Positions 46,314-56,054 of a stretch of 64,000 nucleotides of DNA are shown in pieces. Made by a program: the position numbers and the translations under genes. Position 1 is the first letter of the stretch. Each line of letters starts with the position of its first letter. The notes under the pieces are model-generated. The model searched no databases and was not told where the DNA came from. It saw nothing but the letters and a program-made list of their open reading frames with translations. The stretch covers positions 43,756 to 107,755 of the forward strand of contig JAVJVZ010000067.1 in NCBI GenBank assembly GCA_040220855.1, written 5' to 3'. Origin of the DNA: Gammaproteobacteria bacterium. GTDB lineage: Bacteria > Pseudomonadota > Gammaproteobacteria > Ga0077536.

Positions 46314-46765
46314 GCGGTGGGGTCTTTCGGTTGGGGCCGGCACGGCGCACCGGCGTGGCGCGAAGGCCACACTATAACGAAACACGGCCGGCGCGAACCA
46401 CCCGCGCTGGCATGCGTCGTCGTGCTCCGAGCCGCGCTCCGGTGCTGCCGTCAGCGGGCTCCGTCTCGCGCCGGACGGTTCCCGCGGGCTTCGCAACGGT
46501 GCGACACCTGCGGCTGGGCGCCGCTGCGGTGCAGGCGAGGTGCACAGTCTTGGGGCGTCATGCAAGTGAATGGTGCATAAATCTCGCTGCATCGGCGCGC
46601 ACGTATCGCCGGCGGCACGGATCTCACGCGCCCGCGCGGCGCGCGTGTCCTGGCCGCACGCGAATCGACTGGAGCGGTCTATTCGCGGGAATCACTGCGC
46701 CGTCGTGCCAGCTGGTCCGGCTCGGACGATGCTGGTGCCTGCGGGCGCGCGCGTCCGTTCGTGGT

Positions 46766-46780
46766 TGGCACGCGGATTGC
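46766..46780 (+). promoter_or_regulatory. Sigma-54 (RpoN) promoter
   Basis: TGGCAC-GCGGA-TTGC has exact -24 GG and -12 GC spacing and a near-perfect match to TGGCAC-N5-TTGC. It lies 54 nt upstream of the Amt-fusion start. Confidence 0.7.
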
Positions 46781-46833
46781 CCTGCGCACCGGGTCTCCCG
46801 GCTGACGGCCACGCCGCGAAGGGCTAGCCCGGT

Positions 46834-49800
46834 TTGAACAAGCTCGAACTCGACATCCTGTGGGTGCTCGTCGCCGCCGTCCTCGTGCTGGTCATGCAGG
46901 GCGGCTTCCTGTGCCTGGAAAGTGGCCTGACGCGAACCAAGAACGCGGTCAACGTGGCGATGAAGAACGTCGTCGACCTGACCGTCGCAGTCGTGCTGTA
47001 CTGGTTGTTCGGTTTCGGGCTCATGTTCGGCGACGACCTCGGCGGCGTGGTCGGCGCCTCCGACTTCCTGCCCGCCGTTGCCGGCAGTCCGTGGCTGGCG
47101 ACGTTCTTCGTCTTCCAGGCCATGTTCTGCGCGACTGCCGCGACCATTGTTGCGGGGGCGGTGGCGGAGCGCACGCGCTTCGATGCCTACGTCTTCATGA
47201 CGGTGCTGATCACGGGTTTCATCTACCCCGTGTTCGGACACTGGGCATGGGGCGCGGCGCATACGGGCGGTGACGGCTGGCTCGGCGCCCGTGGGTTCGT
47301 CGACTTCGCCGGCTCCACCGTGGTGCACAGCGTCGGTGGCTGGGTCGCGCTCGCCGCGGTGCTCGTGATCGGGCCGCGCCGTGGACGCTTCGAGGACGGC
47401 CAGGTGCACGCGATCCCGCCGTCCAACCTGCCGCTGTGCATGCTCGGCCTGTTGCTCTTCATGGTCGGTTGGATCGGCTTCAACGGCGGTTCCACATTGG
47501 AGTTCACGCTCGCTGTTCCCGGCATCGTCGCCAACACGCTCCTCGCCGGTGCAGTCGGTGCGAGCACTGCCGGGCTGTTGCGTTCGATCGTCCACCCGGA
47601 CAGCGATGCCGCCACCGCCCTGCTCAACGGCACGCTCGCCGGACTCGTCGCCATCACCGCCGGTTGCCACGCGGTGACCGCGGTGGAAGCTGCGGCGATC
47701 GGCGCGGTCGGTGCGCTGATCATGCTGCTGGCCGATCGCGCGCTGCTCGCCTGGCGCATCGACGACGCCGTCGGCGCCATTCCGGTGCATCTCGCCGCGG
47801 GAGCCTGGGGCACGCTCGCGGTCGGCCTGCTCGGAGACCTGGAGCGACTCGGTACCGGCCTCGATCGCACCAGCCAGGTGCTCGTGCAGTTGGAGGGCAT
47901 CCTGGCCTGCGGTGTGTGGGCGTTCGGTATCGCCTTCCTCGTCCTGCGGCTGCGCGGGCCGCGACGGCCGCTGCGGGTCAGTGCCGAGGCCGAGCAACTC
48001 GGCCTGAACGTTGCCGAGCACGGCGCCCGGACGCCGCTGCTCGACCTGCTCGAGGTCATGGAGCGCCAGCAGCGCAGCGGTGACCTCGGCCTGCGTGCGC
48101 CGGTCGAGCCGTTCACCGAGGTCGGCCAGATTGCCGACAGCTACAACCGCGTGATGCAGGCGCTCGAAGCTGCAACCGTCCAGACCAAGCAAATCGTGCG
48201 CGATATCCGTGACGGCATCATCACCTTCACGCGCGATGGCATCCTCACCAGTCTCAATCCGGGTGCGGCCAAGCTGCTCTGCCTCGATCCGCAGCTGGCC
48301 ATCGGCAAGCCGCTCGAGACCGTGCTGCGCGATGGCGGCATCAGCGGAGACATTGCCGGGCTCGCCGATGGCCGCACCGTCGGCGCCGCCGCGCGGCGCA
48401 GCGTCGAGCTCGCGCGCGTCAGTGCGCCCGGCGAGCGCGCGGTGCTCGAGATGACCGCGTTCGAGACGCTCGTCGACGGCGACCGCGCCTACACCGCGCT
48501 GGTGCGCGACATCACCGAGCGCCGCCTCTTCGAGGACCAGCTGTTCCGTGAAAAGGAGCTCGCCCAGGTCACCCTCGAGTCGCTCGGCGAAGGGGTCATC
48601 ACGACCGACGCCGGCGGACGCGTGACCTACCTCAACCCGGTTGCCCAGGCCATTACCGGCCATACCCAGCTACATGCACGGCTGCGGCCGCTCAGCGAAC
48701 TGCTGCAGTTCTGCGACGAGGAGACCGGCGAGCGCGTGGTGTTCGGTGCTGGCGGCCAGGACGTCTGGCGGGTCGAACGGCACGACGCGCTGGTTCTCAG
48801 GCGCAAGGACGGCACCGAAGTGGTGGTCAGCCTCAATGCAGCGCCGATTCGCGACCGCGAGTTCGTGCCCATTGGCGTCGTCATCGTTTTCCAGGACGTC
48901 TCCAAGGCGCGCGAACTGGAGCGCCAGCTCAGTTACCAGGCGTCACACGACGCCGTCACCGGACTGATCAACCGGCGCGAGTTCGAGCGGCGTCTGCGCG
49001 AGATGATGGCGCAGGCGCGCACCGACCAGGGGCACCACGTGCTGTGCTATGTCGATCTCGATCAGTTCAAGCTGGTCAACGATACCTGCGGGCACAATGC
49101 CGGCGACGAGCTGCTGCGCCAGCTCGGCGGCGTGCTCAGCGAGCAGCTGCGCGCCAGCGACACGCTGGCGCGCCTCGGCGGCGACGAGTTCGGCGTCATC
49201 TTCAACAGTTGCACCACCGAACGCGGCATGACGCTGGCCGACGAGCTTCGCGAGACCATCGAGCACTTCCGCTTCAAGTGGCGTGACGGCATCTTCTCGG
49301 TCGGTGCGAGCATCGGCGTGGTCGGCATCTCCGGTCACGCGGTGTCGGCGGCCGAGATCATGAGCATGGCCGATGCGGCCTGCTACGTGGCCAAGGATGC
49401 CGGGCGCAACCGCGTGCACCTGCACCAGCCGAACGACCGCGATACCCTCGAGCGCCGTGGCCAGATGCAGTGGGCAGCGCGCATTCAGCACGCCATCGAC
49501 GAAGATCGCCTGTGCCTGTATTACCAGCCGATCGTGCCGCTCGACCCGGCACGAAGCGCCGACGTGCATTACGAGGTCTTCGTGCGCATGCTCGACGAGC
49601 ACGACCGCCTGGTCCCTCCCGGTGCATTCATCCCGGCGGCCGAGCGCTACGACCTGATGACCGCCATCGATCGCTGGGTGGTGCGCAACACGCTCGCTTT
49701 CATGGGTGCGACGCAGGACGACCCGGTCAATCTCGCGATCAACCTGTCCGGCGCCTCGATCACCAACGCCGAGTTCCTTGCCAACATCAAGGCGCAGATC

Positions 49801-50226
49801 CTGCACTATGGCGTTGACCCGCAGCGCATCAGCTTCGAGGTCACCGAGACCGCCGCAATCGCGGATCTCGCCAAGGCGCGCACCTTCATCAACGAGCTCA
49901 AGCTGCTCGGTTGCCGCTTCGCGCTCGACGACTTCGGCAGCGGCCTGTCCTCATTCGGCTACCTCAAGACCCTGCCGGTCGACTTCCTGAAGATCGACGG
50001 CATCTTCGTGCGCGACCTGCTCAAGGACCCGGTCGATCGCGCGATGGTCGAATCGATCAACAACGTCGGCCACCTGATGAACCTGCAGACCATCGCCGAG
50101 TTCGTCGAGAGCGAGGCAGCCTGCGTCGCGCTGCGCGAGATCGGGGTCGACTTCGTGCAGGGCTACCACCTCGGCGAACCGCGCCCGATCGCCGAGCTGC
50201 GCGCGGTCGCGACCTGGCCGCGCTGA
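46834..50226 (+). CDS. Ammonium transporter (Amt) domain fused to PAS-PAS-GGDEF-EAL
   Basis: The N-terminal roughly 400 aa are Amt-like (LVLVMQGGFLCLESGLTRTKN, FVDFAGSTVVHSVGGWVALA, GFNGGS). Two PAS regions follow. The GGDEF domain carries RLGGDEFGV, and the EAL domain carries ISFEVTETAAI and DDFGSG. The start is the TTG at 46834, bounded by an in-frame TAG 9 nt upstream. GTG 46864 and ATG 46894 are alternative starts. Confidence 0.85.
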   Translation: MNKLELDILWVLVAAVLVLVMQGGFLCLESGLTRTKNAVNVAMKNVVDLTVAVVLYWLFGFGLMFGDDLGGVVGASDFLPAVAGSPWLATFFVFQAMFCATAATIVAGAVAERTRFDAYVFMTVLITGFIYPVFGHWAWGAAHTGGDGWLGARGFVDFAGSTVVHSVGGWVALAAVLVIGPRRGRFEDGQVHAIPPSNLPLCMLGLLLFMVGWIGFNGGSTLEFTLAVPGIVANTLLAGAVGASTAGLLRSIVHPDSDAATALLNGTLAGLVAITAGCHAVTAVEAAAIGAVGALIMLLADRALLAWRIDDAVGAIPVHLAAGAWGTLAVGLLGDLERLGTGLDRTSQVLVQLEGILACGVWAFGIAFLVLRLRGPRRPLRVSAEAEQLGLNVAEHGARTPLLDLLEVMERQQRSGDLGLRAPVEPFTEVGQIADSYNRVMQALEAATVQTKQIVRDIRDGIITFTRDGILTSLNPGAAKLLCLDPQLAIGKPLETVLRDGGISGDIAGLADGRTVGAAARRSVELARVSAPGERAVLEMTAFETLVDGDRAYTALVRDITERRLFEDQLFREKELAQVTLESLGEGVITTDAGGRVTYLNPVAQAITGHTQLHARLRPLSELLQFCDEETGERVVFGAGGQDVWRVERHDALVLRRKDGTEVVVSLNAAPIRDREFVPIGVVIVFQDVSKARELERQLSYQASHDAVTGLINRREFERRLREMMAQARTDQGHHVLCYVDLDQFKLVNDTCGHNAGDELLRQLGGVLSEQLRASDTLARLGGDEFGVIFNSCTTERGMTLADELRETIEHFRFKWRDGIFSVGASIGVVGISGHAVSAAEIMSMADAACYVAKDAGRNRVHLHQPNDRDTLERRGQMQWAARIQHAIDEDRLCLYYQPIVPLDPARSADVHYEVFVRMLDEHDRLVPPGAFIPAAERYDLMTAIDRWVVRNTLAFMGATQDDPVNLAINLSGASITNAEFLANIKAQILHYGVDPQRISFEVTETAAIADLAKARTFINELKLLGCRFALDDFGSGLSSFGYLKTLPVDFLKIDGIFVRDLLKDPVDRAMVESINNVGHLMNLQTIAEFVESEAACVALREIGVDFVQGYHLGEPRPIAELRAVATWPR

Positions 50227-50274
50227 CGGCGCCGCCTGCTATGCTGGCCGCCTCGCCGTCACGGGGACCAGCCG

Positions 50275-50667
50275 ATGCTCGAAAAGCTCAATCCGGAGGG
50301 CATCGTCGCGCCCTTCAATAACGCCTACCACCACACCGTGGTGATCCCGCCCAATGCCCGCGTCGCCTTCATCGCCGGCCAGGTCGGCTTGGACCCGCAG
50401 GGTGGGCTGCCGCCGACGCTCGAAGGGCAGGCCGAGCAGGCCTGGGTAAACCTCATGGCGGCCGTGCGCGTCGCCGGCATGGGGCCAGAAAATATCGTAA
50501 AGATAACCGCTTACCTGATAGATGCCGACGATTACGCGGCCTTCGCGGCGGCCCGTGCCCGGCATCTCGGCGACGCCCGGCCGGCCTCCACCGCGCTGCT
50601 GGTGAAGCAGCTGTTGAAGCCCGAGTGGCGCTTCGAGATCGAAGCCGTGGCCGCCGCCCCGGCCTGA
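50275..50667 (+). CDS. RidA/YjgF-family reactive-intermediate deaminase-like protein
   Basis: This 130-aa protein begins MLEKLNPEGIVAPFNNAYHHTVV and carries the C-terminal motif FEIEAVA. Confidence 0.8.
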   Translation: MLEKLNPEGIVAPFNNAYHHTVVIPPNARVAFIAGQVGLDPQGGLPPTLEGQAEQAWVNLMAAVRVAGMGPENIVKITAYLIDADDYAAFAAARARHLGDARPASTALLVKQLLKPEWRFEIEAVAAAPA

Positions 50668-50780
50668 GCGCCCCGGTGGACGCTCGCGCCTGACGCGTAG
50701 TACCCTCGAACTCATTTTTCGCGGCCGCCGAGCCGGCCGCGCGAATCCTCAATCCCGCATACTTTCTGGGGAGCAAGATT

Positions 50781-52007
50781 ATGGAAGTTGGCGCCTTTTA
50801 CCTGCCGTCCGTCGGTCACATGGATGACATTCTGAAGGGCATGGCGGGCAAGCAGACCCACCTGTACCAGATGATGCTGCGCGAGCTCACCGAGCAGCTG
50901 CAGTACATGGACGAAAACGGCTACTACGGCTGCGGCTTCACCGAGCATCATTTCCACGTCGAGGGCGAAGAGGTCTCGACCAACCCGGTCATCCTCGACC
51001 TCTACTTCGGCATGCAGACCAAGCGCATGAAGTTCGGTCAGCTCGGCAACGTGCTGCCCTCGCAGAACCCGATCAACCTCGCCGAGAACATCGCGATGGT
51101 GTCGCAGATGCTGCAGGGTCGCGTGTTTGCCGGCTTTGCCCGCGGTTACCAGCCGCGCTGGGTCAACGTGCTCGGCCAGCAGGTCGGACTCTCCGATCCG
51201 GCCGGCGGCGAACAGTACGAGGAACTCAAGCGCTCGCTGTTCGAGGAGCACTTCGACATCATCATGAAGGCCTGGAAGAACGATACGTTCAGCTTCCAGG
51301 GCAAGCACTGGCAGGTGCCGACCAAGGACATCAAGTGGGCGGCAGCGGAAGTCGCGTGGAACTACGGCCAGGGCTGCAACAAGGACGGCATCATCGAGGA
51401 GATCGGCATCGCGCCGCCGACCTTCGAGAAGCAGATTCCCGATCTCTTCATGCCTTTCGCGACCTCCGAACGGTCGATCAAGTGGGGCATGGAGCGCGGC
51501 ATCGTGCCGGTGACGATCATGACCCACTACGACGTGGTCAAGGAGCACTTCCGTGCCGGCATGGAAGCGGCCAACGAAGCGGGCCTCAATTACAAGTTCG
51601 GCCAGGGCATGGCCATGAGCCGCGAGATCATCGTCGCCGAGACCGACGCCGAGGCCGAGGCCATCGCGCGCGAGGCCGGCTCGTTCATCTGGAACAACTT
51701 CTTCGTGCCGTTCGGCTTCAACGCCGCGGTGGCCGGTCCCGGCGAAGGCCCGTGGGACATGCCGGCGACGTTCGAGACCATCGCCGAACGCGGCCTGGTC
51801 ATCCACGGCTCGCCGGATACCGTCAACCGCAAGCTCGAGGACCTGCTCAAGAAGCTGCCGGTCGACTACTTCTGGATGTTTATCTACAACCACATGCCAC
51901 ACGACAAGTGCATGAAGAGCCTGGAACTGCTGACCGAGAAGGTGTGGCCCAACTTTACCGACAAGATCGGCCGCGGCGCCCCGGCGGCGCAGAAGTCGGC
52001 CGGCTGA
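50781..52007 (+). CDS. LLM-class flavin-dependent oxidoreductase (luciferase-like monooxygenase family)
   Basis: The luciferase-like TIM barrel shows in GFTEHHFHVEGEEVSTNPVILDLYFGMQTKRMKFGQLGNVLPSQNPINLAE. A clean intrinsic terminator follows the gene. Confidence 0.8.
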   Translation: MEVGAFYLPSVGHMDDILKGMAGKQTHLYQMMLRELTEQLQYMDENGYYGCGFTEHHFHVEGEEVSTNPVILDLYFGMQTKRMKFGQLGNVLPSQNPINLAENIAMVSQMLQGRVFAGFARGYQPRWVNVLGQQVGLSDPAGGEQYEELKRSLFEEHFDIIMKAWKNDTFSFQGKHWQVPTKDIKWAAAEVAWNYGQGCNKDGIIEEIGIAPPTFEKQIPDLFMPFATSERSIKWGMERGIVPVTIMTHYDVVKEHFRAGMEAANEAGLNYKFGQGMAMSREIIVAETDAEAEAIAREAGSFIWNNFFVPFGFNAAVAGPGEGPWDMPATFETIAERGLVIHGSPDTVNRKLEDLLKKLPVDYFWMFIYNHMPHDKCMKSLELLTEKVWPNFTDKIGRGAPAAQKSAG

Positions 52008-52027
52008 ACCGGCCCACCGTCTGATCG

Positions 52028-52063
52028 AACCCGCCGCCGGCGCCGCCGCGGCGGGTTTTTTTT
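52028..52063 (+). terminator. Rho-independent terminator
   Basis: The stem CCCGCCGC...GCGGCGGG, extendable by two A-T pairs, is followed by a run of eight T residues. It starts 21 nt after the LLM stop. Confidence 0.85.
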
Positions 52064-52091
52064 CGCCCTGCGCGACGCCCCGGAGCAGCCC

Positions 52092-52952
52092 ATGCGTTAC
52101 GCGGTCTATGCGCCCAACTTCAACGATTACGGGGAGCCGGCACGGCTGGTCGAGCTGGCTTGCGCAGCCGAAGCGGCCGGCTGGGACGGCTTCTTCGTGT
52201 GGGACCATCTCGCCTTCGAGCCGGATGGCCGCCTGCCGGTGGCCGATGCGACCGTGGTGCTGGCGGCGATTGCCCAGGCCACGGCGCGCGTGCGGTTCGG
52301 CGCCATGATCACCCCGGTCGCGCGACGCCGGCCGTGGAAGCTGTTCAAGGAGATTGCCACGCTCGATCACTTGAGCGGGGGGCGCGTGCATCTCGGCATC
52401 GGGCTCGGTGAGCCGCCCGAACTCGAGTTTGCCGCATTCGGCGAACCGGCCGGGGGGCGCGCTCGCGCCGCGCGCCTGGATGAAGGCATGGCGATTGTCG
52501 ATCCGCTCATGCGCGGCGAGGCGGTGATGCATCAAGGCGACTGTTACGAGGTCGAGACGCGTCTCGCGCCGGCCACGCTGCAGCAACCGCGCGTCCCTGT
52601 GTGGGTGGCGGCGACACTGCCGGCCCGTGCCGGCGTGCGTCGCGCGGCGCGCTGGGACGGCATCTTCCCGCTTCGCGTACCCGCGAGCGCCGCCGCGGAC
52701 GTGGACAGCTCGGTCGACTGGAGCGCGTGGTGGCTGGCGCCGGACGAACTGGCCGCGCTGGTCGCCGAACTACGGACGCTGCGCGGCGATCTCGATGGAT
52801 TCGACGTGATAGCCAGTGGGCGCGCGGCGGCGCCCGCCGCCGCGGCAGCGATGGCCGCGGCGGGGGCGACCTGGTGGCTCGAATGGATGGATACCGCGCC
52901 GGGCAGCTTCAACACGGCGCTGGCGCGCGTGCGGCGCGGGCCGCCGCGCTGA
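52092..52952 (+). CDS. LLM-class oxidoreductase (actinobacterial-type, F420/flavin-dependent family)
   Basis: The sequence reads MRYAVYAPNFNDYGEPARLVELACAAEAAGWDGFFVWDHLAF...FGAMITPVARRRPWKLFKEIATLDHLSGGRVHLGIGLG. Confidence 0.7.
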   Translation: MRYAVYAPNFNDYGEPARLVELACAAEAAGWDGFFVWDHLAFEPDGRLPVADATVVLAAIAQATARVRFGAMITPVARRRPWKLFKEIATLDHLSGGRVHLGIGLGEPPELEFAAFGEPAGGRARAARLDEGMAIVDPLMRGEAVMHQGDCYEVETRLAPATLQQPRVPVWVAATLPARAGVRRAARWDGIFPLRVPASAAADVDSSVDWSAWWLAPDELAALVAELRTLRGDLDGFDVIASGRAAAPAAAAAMAAAGATWWLEWMDTAPGSFNTALARVRRGPPR

Positions 52953-53056
52953 GGCAGCGCTGCGACGATTGGCCGGCCGCGCGGTGCGGTGTATAAGGGC
53001 GACATGATCATGGGCGCCACACATCGCGGGAAGCCGCCACGGACGGAGCGCGCAAG

Positions 53057-53740
53057 GTGAACCACGCGGGTGACGTCCTCGTCGTCGAGGATCACCACGA
53101 CATCGCGGAGATGGTCTGTGACCATCTCGAAAGTCGCGGCTACAGCGTCGATTACGCCGGCGACGGGCCGGCCGGGCTGCGCCTCGGCCGCGACCACGTC
53201 TACGATGCGGTGGTGCTCGACCTCATGTTGCCCGGCATGGACGGCCTCGAAGTATGTCGCGCGCTGCGCGCGGCGCACGTCGACGTACCGCTGCTGATGC
53301 TGACCGCCCGCGACACGCTGGGCGACAAGATCGCCGGGTTCGACTGCGGCGCGGACGACTACCTCGTCAAGCCCTTCGACCTGGAGGAGCTCGAGGTGCG
53401 CCTCCGCGCGCTGATCCGGCGACGTCGCGGCGCTGCCGGGGACGTGCTGCGCGTGGGCGACCTCACGCTCGATCTCGGCAGCCTCAAGGTCGCACGCGCG
53501 GAGCGCGAACTCACCATCACACCCATCGGCCTCAAGATCCTGACCCTGCTCATGCAGCAGTCACCGCGCGTGGTCGACCGCCAGGCCCTCGAGCGCGCGG
53601 TGTGGGGCGACCTGCCGCCCGACAGCGACGCGTTACGCAGCCATCTCTACGTGCTGCGCAAGACCGTCGACCGCCCCTTCGCACGCGCGCTGATTCACAC
53701 CGTGCCGGGTGCCGGTGTGCGCATCGCCGATGAGGATTGA
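53057..53740 (+). CDS. OmpR-family response regulator
   Basis: The receiver domain carries VLVVEDHHDI and VVLDLMLPGMDG. The winged-helix output domain carries LTPIGLKILTLLMQ and YVLRKTVDRP. The start codon is GTG. Confidence 0.9.
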   Translation: MNHAGDVLVVEDHHDIAEMVCDHLESRGYSVDYAGDGPAGLRLGRDHVYDAVVLDLMLPGMDGLEVCRALRAAHVDVPLLMLTARDTLGDKIAGFDCGADDYLVKPFDLEELEVRLRALIRRRRGAAGDVLRVGDLTLDLGSLKVARAERELTITPIGLKILTLLMQQSPRVVDRQALERAVWGDLPPDSDALRSHLYVLRKTVDRPFARALIHTVPGAGVRIADED

Positions 53741-55061
53741 GCGCCCGCGGCGCCTGAACGCGAGCCTGTGGCGCGCCTTCGTGCTGCAGATCGTGCTGAT
53801 CAGCGCGACTGCCATCGCCGGCGTCTACCTTGCCGAGTTCGCCATCCGCGAGCTGCTCATCGTCTCCGCGCTGAAACGGGAAGCGGACTACTTCTGGGCA
53901 CGTCGCAAGATTTCGGCCGACACGCCGGCGCCGAATACCAACACGCTCATTGGCTATGTGTTCGATGCGGGTAGCGAGCTCCCGGACGAGTTCGCCGGTC
54001 TCGGGCGCGGCATCCACGATGTCACGACACCGATCGGCGAGTCGGTGGTACACGTCAGCGAGCACGCTGGTGCGCGGCTCTACCTGGTGTTCGACGCCAA
54101 CAACGTGAAAGAGCTCGCGACCTACTTCGGGCTCGCGCCCCTGGCCCTGCTGCTGGTGGTACTGTACTCCTCGGCCTGGGTCGCCTACCGCATCACGCAG
54201 CGCGCGGTATCACCGGTGATCCGCCTCGCGCGCAGCGTGCGCGACATCGACCTCGAGACCCCGGACCTCGCCGCCCTGCTGGCCGACGTCCAGCAGCGCG
54301 GCGGCAATGCCGAGATCGAGGTGCTCACCAACGCACTGCGTCACCTGCTCGGACGCGTCGATCGGTTCATCGAGCGCGAACGCCTGTTCACGCGCGAGGC
54401 GAGCCACGAACTGCGCAGTCCGCTGACCGTCATTCGCATGGCCAGCGAGAAGCTGCTCGGACGAGGCGATCTCGATGCACCCGCGCGTGCGCTGGTCGAA
54501 AAGATGCGCCGCGCCGCGCTCGACATGGAGGAACTCACCGAGATCCTGCTGCTGCTGGCGCGCGAGCACGAGGGGGCGCTCGTCAAGGAACGCGTCAACG
54601 TCAACTACATCATGCACCAGGAGTTCAATCGCTGCGTGATGATCTACGGTCACAAGCCGCTCACCCTGCGTTTTGTCGAGACCCATCGCGTGCACGTCGA
54701 GAGCACCCCGCGGATCCTCGCCATCGTGCTTGGCAACCTGCTGCGCAACGCCTGCGCGTACACCGAGCGCGGCACCGTCGAGGTCTGCGTCAGCGAGCAC
54801 GGCGTGCGCATCAGCGACAGCGGCGTCGGCATGAGCAAGGAGCACCTCGGCGCGGTGTTCTCGCCGGCGCTCGCCCGCCAGCATGCACGCGGCAACGGCA
54901 TCGGGCTCAGTATCGTCAAGCGCATCAGCGAACGCTTCGACTGGACGCTCGATATCGAGAGCGAGCCGTCCCGGGGTACCACGGTGACGGTGGTGCCGGG
55001 CGCGGCCGAGGTCGAACCCCTCGCAGAAGACGTGGCCACACCGCGTCGCGTGACTGGTTGA
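53730..55061 (+). CDS. Sensor histidine kinase (partner of the OmpR-family regulator)
   Basis: It has two TM segments, the H-box SHELRSPLTVI and HATPase motifs (LLRNACAYT, GNGIGLSIVKRI). The ATG at 53730 overlaps the end of the regulator gene; the track ORF begins at 53709. Confidence 0.85.
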   Translation: MRIERPRRLNASLWRAFVLQIVLISATAIAGVYLAEFAIRELLIVSALKREADYFWARRKISADTPAPNTNTLIGYVFDAGSELPDEFAGLGRGIHDVTTPIGESVVHVSEHAGARLYLVFDANNVKELATYFGLAPLALLLVVLYSSAWVAYRITQRAVSPVIRLARSVRDIDLETPDLAALLADVQQRGGNAEIEVLTNALRHLLGRVDRFIERERLFTREASHELRSPLTVIRMASEKLLGRGDLDAPARALVEKMRRAALDMEELTEILLLLAREHEGALVKERVNVNYIMHQEFNRCVMIYGHKPLTLRFVETHRVHVESTPRILAIVLGNLLRNACAYTERGTVEVCVSEHGVRISDSGVGMSKEHLGAVFSPALARQHARGNGIGLSIVKRISERFDWTLDIESEPSRGTTVTVVPGAAEVEPLAEDVATPRRVTG

Positions 55062-55084
55062 ATGCCCGACCGGCGCCCCCATCT
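55057..55084 (+). promoter_or_regulatory. Sigma-32 (RpoH)-type promoter upstream of htpX
   Basis: GTTGAA, a 14-nt spacer and CCCCATCT compare with the consensus CTTGAA-N13-15-CCCCATNT. The -35 element overlaps the kinase stop codon. The motif lies 59 nt upstream of the htpX ATG. Confidence 0.55.
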
Positions 55085-55142
55085 GTCGAGCTGGTGCGTT
55101 CGCGCGCCGGCGTATTCCCGTTCAACGGAGTGAGTCCCGTCC

Positions 55143-55982
55143 ATGCTCAGAATCGGTCTTTTCCTCGCCACCAACTTCGCCGTCCTCGTGGTGTTGTCGA
55201 TCGTGCTCAACCTGCTCGGTCTAAACCAGCAGGGCACTGGCGGTATGCTGGTGTTTGCCGCCATCTTCGGCATGGGCGGCGCTTTCATCTCGCTGCTGAT
55301 GTCGAAATCGATGGCTGCCCGCGCAGTCGGTGCGCAGCTCATCGAGCAGCCCGCCAACGCGGCCGAGCGCTGGCTGCTGGAGACGGTGCAGCGCCAGGCC
55401 GAGGCTGCCGGGATCGGCATGCCAGACGTCGCCGTGTTCGATTCGCCGAGCCCCAATGCCTTCGCCACCGGCGCCAACAAGGACGACGCACTGGTCGCCG
55501 TCAGTACGGGCTTGCTGCGGCATATGAGCCAGGACGAGGTGGAGGCCGTGCTCGCGCACGAAGTGAGTCACGTCGCCAATGGCGACATGGTCACGCTGGC
55601 CCTGTTGCAGGGCGTGATGAACACTTTCGTGATGGTCTTCGCACACGTGCTCGCGGCCGCTATCGACCGTGACAGCCGCGGGCGGGGCGCGGGCTACTAC
55701 CTCGGCTACTTCGCCGCCCAGGCCGTGCTCGGCTTCCTTGCCTCGCTGGTCGTGATGTGGTTCAGCCGCCACCGCGAGTATCGTGCTGACGCTGGCGGTG
55801 CCCGGCTCGCCGGGCGACACAAGATGATCGCGGCGCTCGAGCGACTGCAGCAGCAATCGCAACCCGAAGCGCTGCCCGATACCGTGGAAGCGTTCGGTAT
55901 CGCGGGCGGGCTCGGCAGCCTCCTCTCGACCCACCCACCACTCGAGCAGCGCATTGCAGCGCTGCGCGCGGCGACCGACTGA
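55143..55982 (+). CDS. htpX: Membrane zinc metalloprotease HtpX
   Basis: The sequence begins [27 protein letters not shown] and contains the HEVSHV zinc motif. The C-terminus carries [13 protein letters not shown]. Confidence 0.9.
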   Translation: MLRIGLFLATNFAVLVVLSIVLNLLGLNQQGTGGMLVFAAIFGMGGAFISLLMSKSMAARAVGAQLIEQPANAAERWLLETVQRQAEAAGIGMPDVAVFDSPSPNAFATGANKDDALVAVSTGLLRHMSQDEVEAVLAHEVSHVANGDMVTLALLQGVMNTFVMVFAHVLAAAIDRDSRGRGAGYYLGYFAAQAVLGFLASLVVMWFSRHREYRADAGGARLAGRHKMIAALERLQQQSQPEALPDTVEAFGIAGGLGSLLSTHPPLEQRIAALRAATD

Positions 55983-56054
55983 GCGCCTGCACCGCTGGCG
56001 TCAGCGTCAGCTGCGACGTTCCCGGGACGCGCCTGCCGGCGCGGGGGGGGCTGG

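Noticed and set aside
46528-46577. Three GGTGCA hexamers considered as NtrC enhancer sites upstream of the sigma-54 promoter.
   Set aside because: They are direct repeats, not the inverted TGCACC-N5-GGTGCA dyads of canonical NtrC sites. A GC-rich hexamer recurring in GC-rich DNA is also weak evidence. I mention them only as a hint within the Amt finding.
46624-48663. A 679-aa minus-strand ORF.
   Set aside because: It is antisense to the Amt domain of the Amt-PAS-GGDEF-EAL gene, and its sequence is low-complexity and Arg/Gly/Asp-rich.
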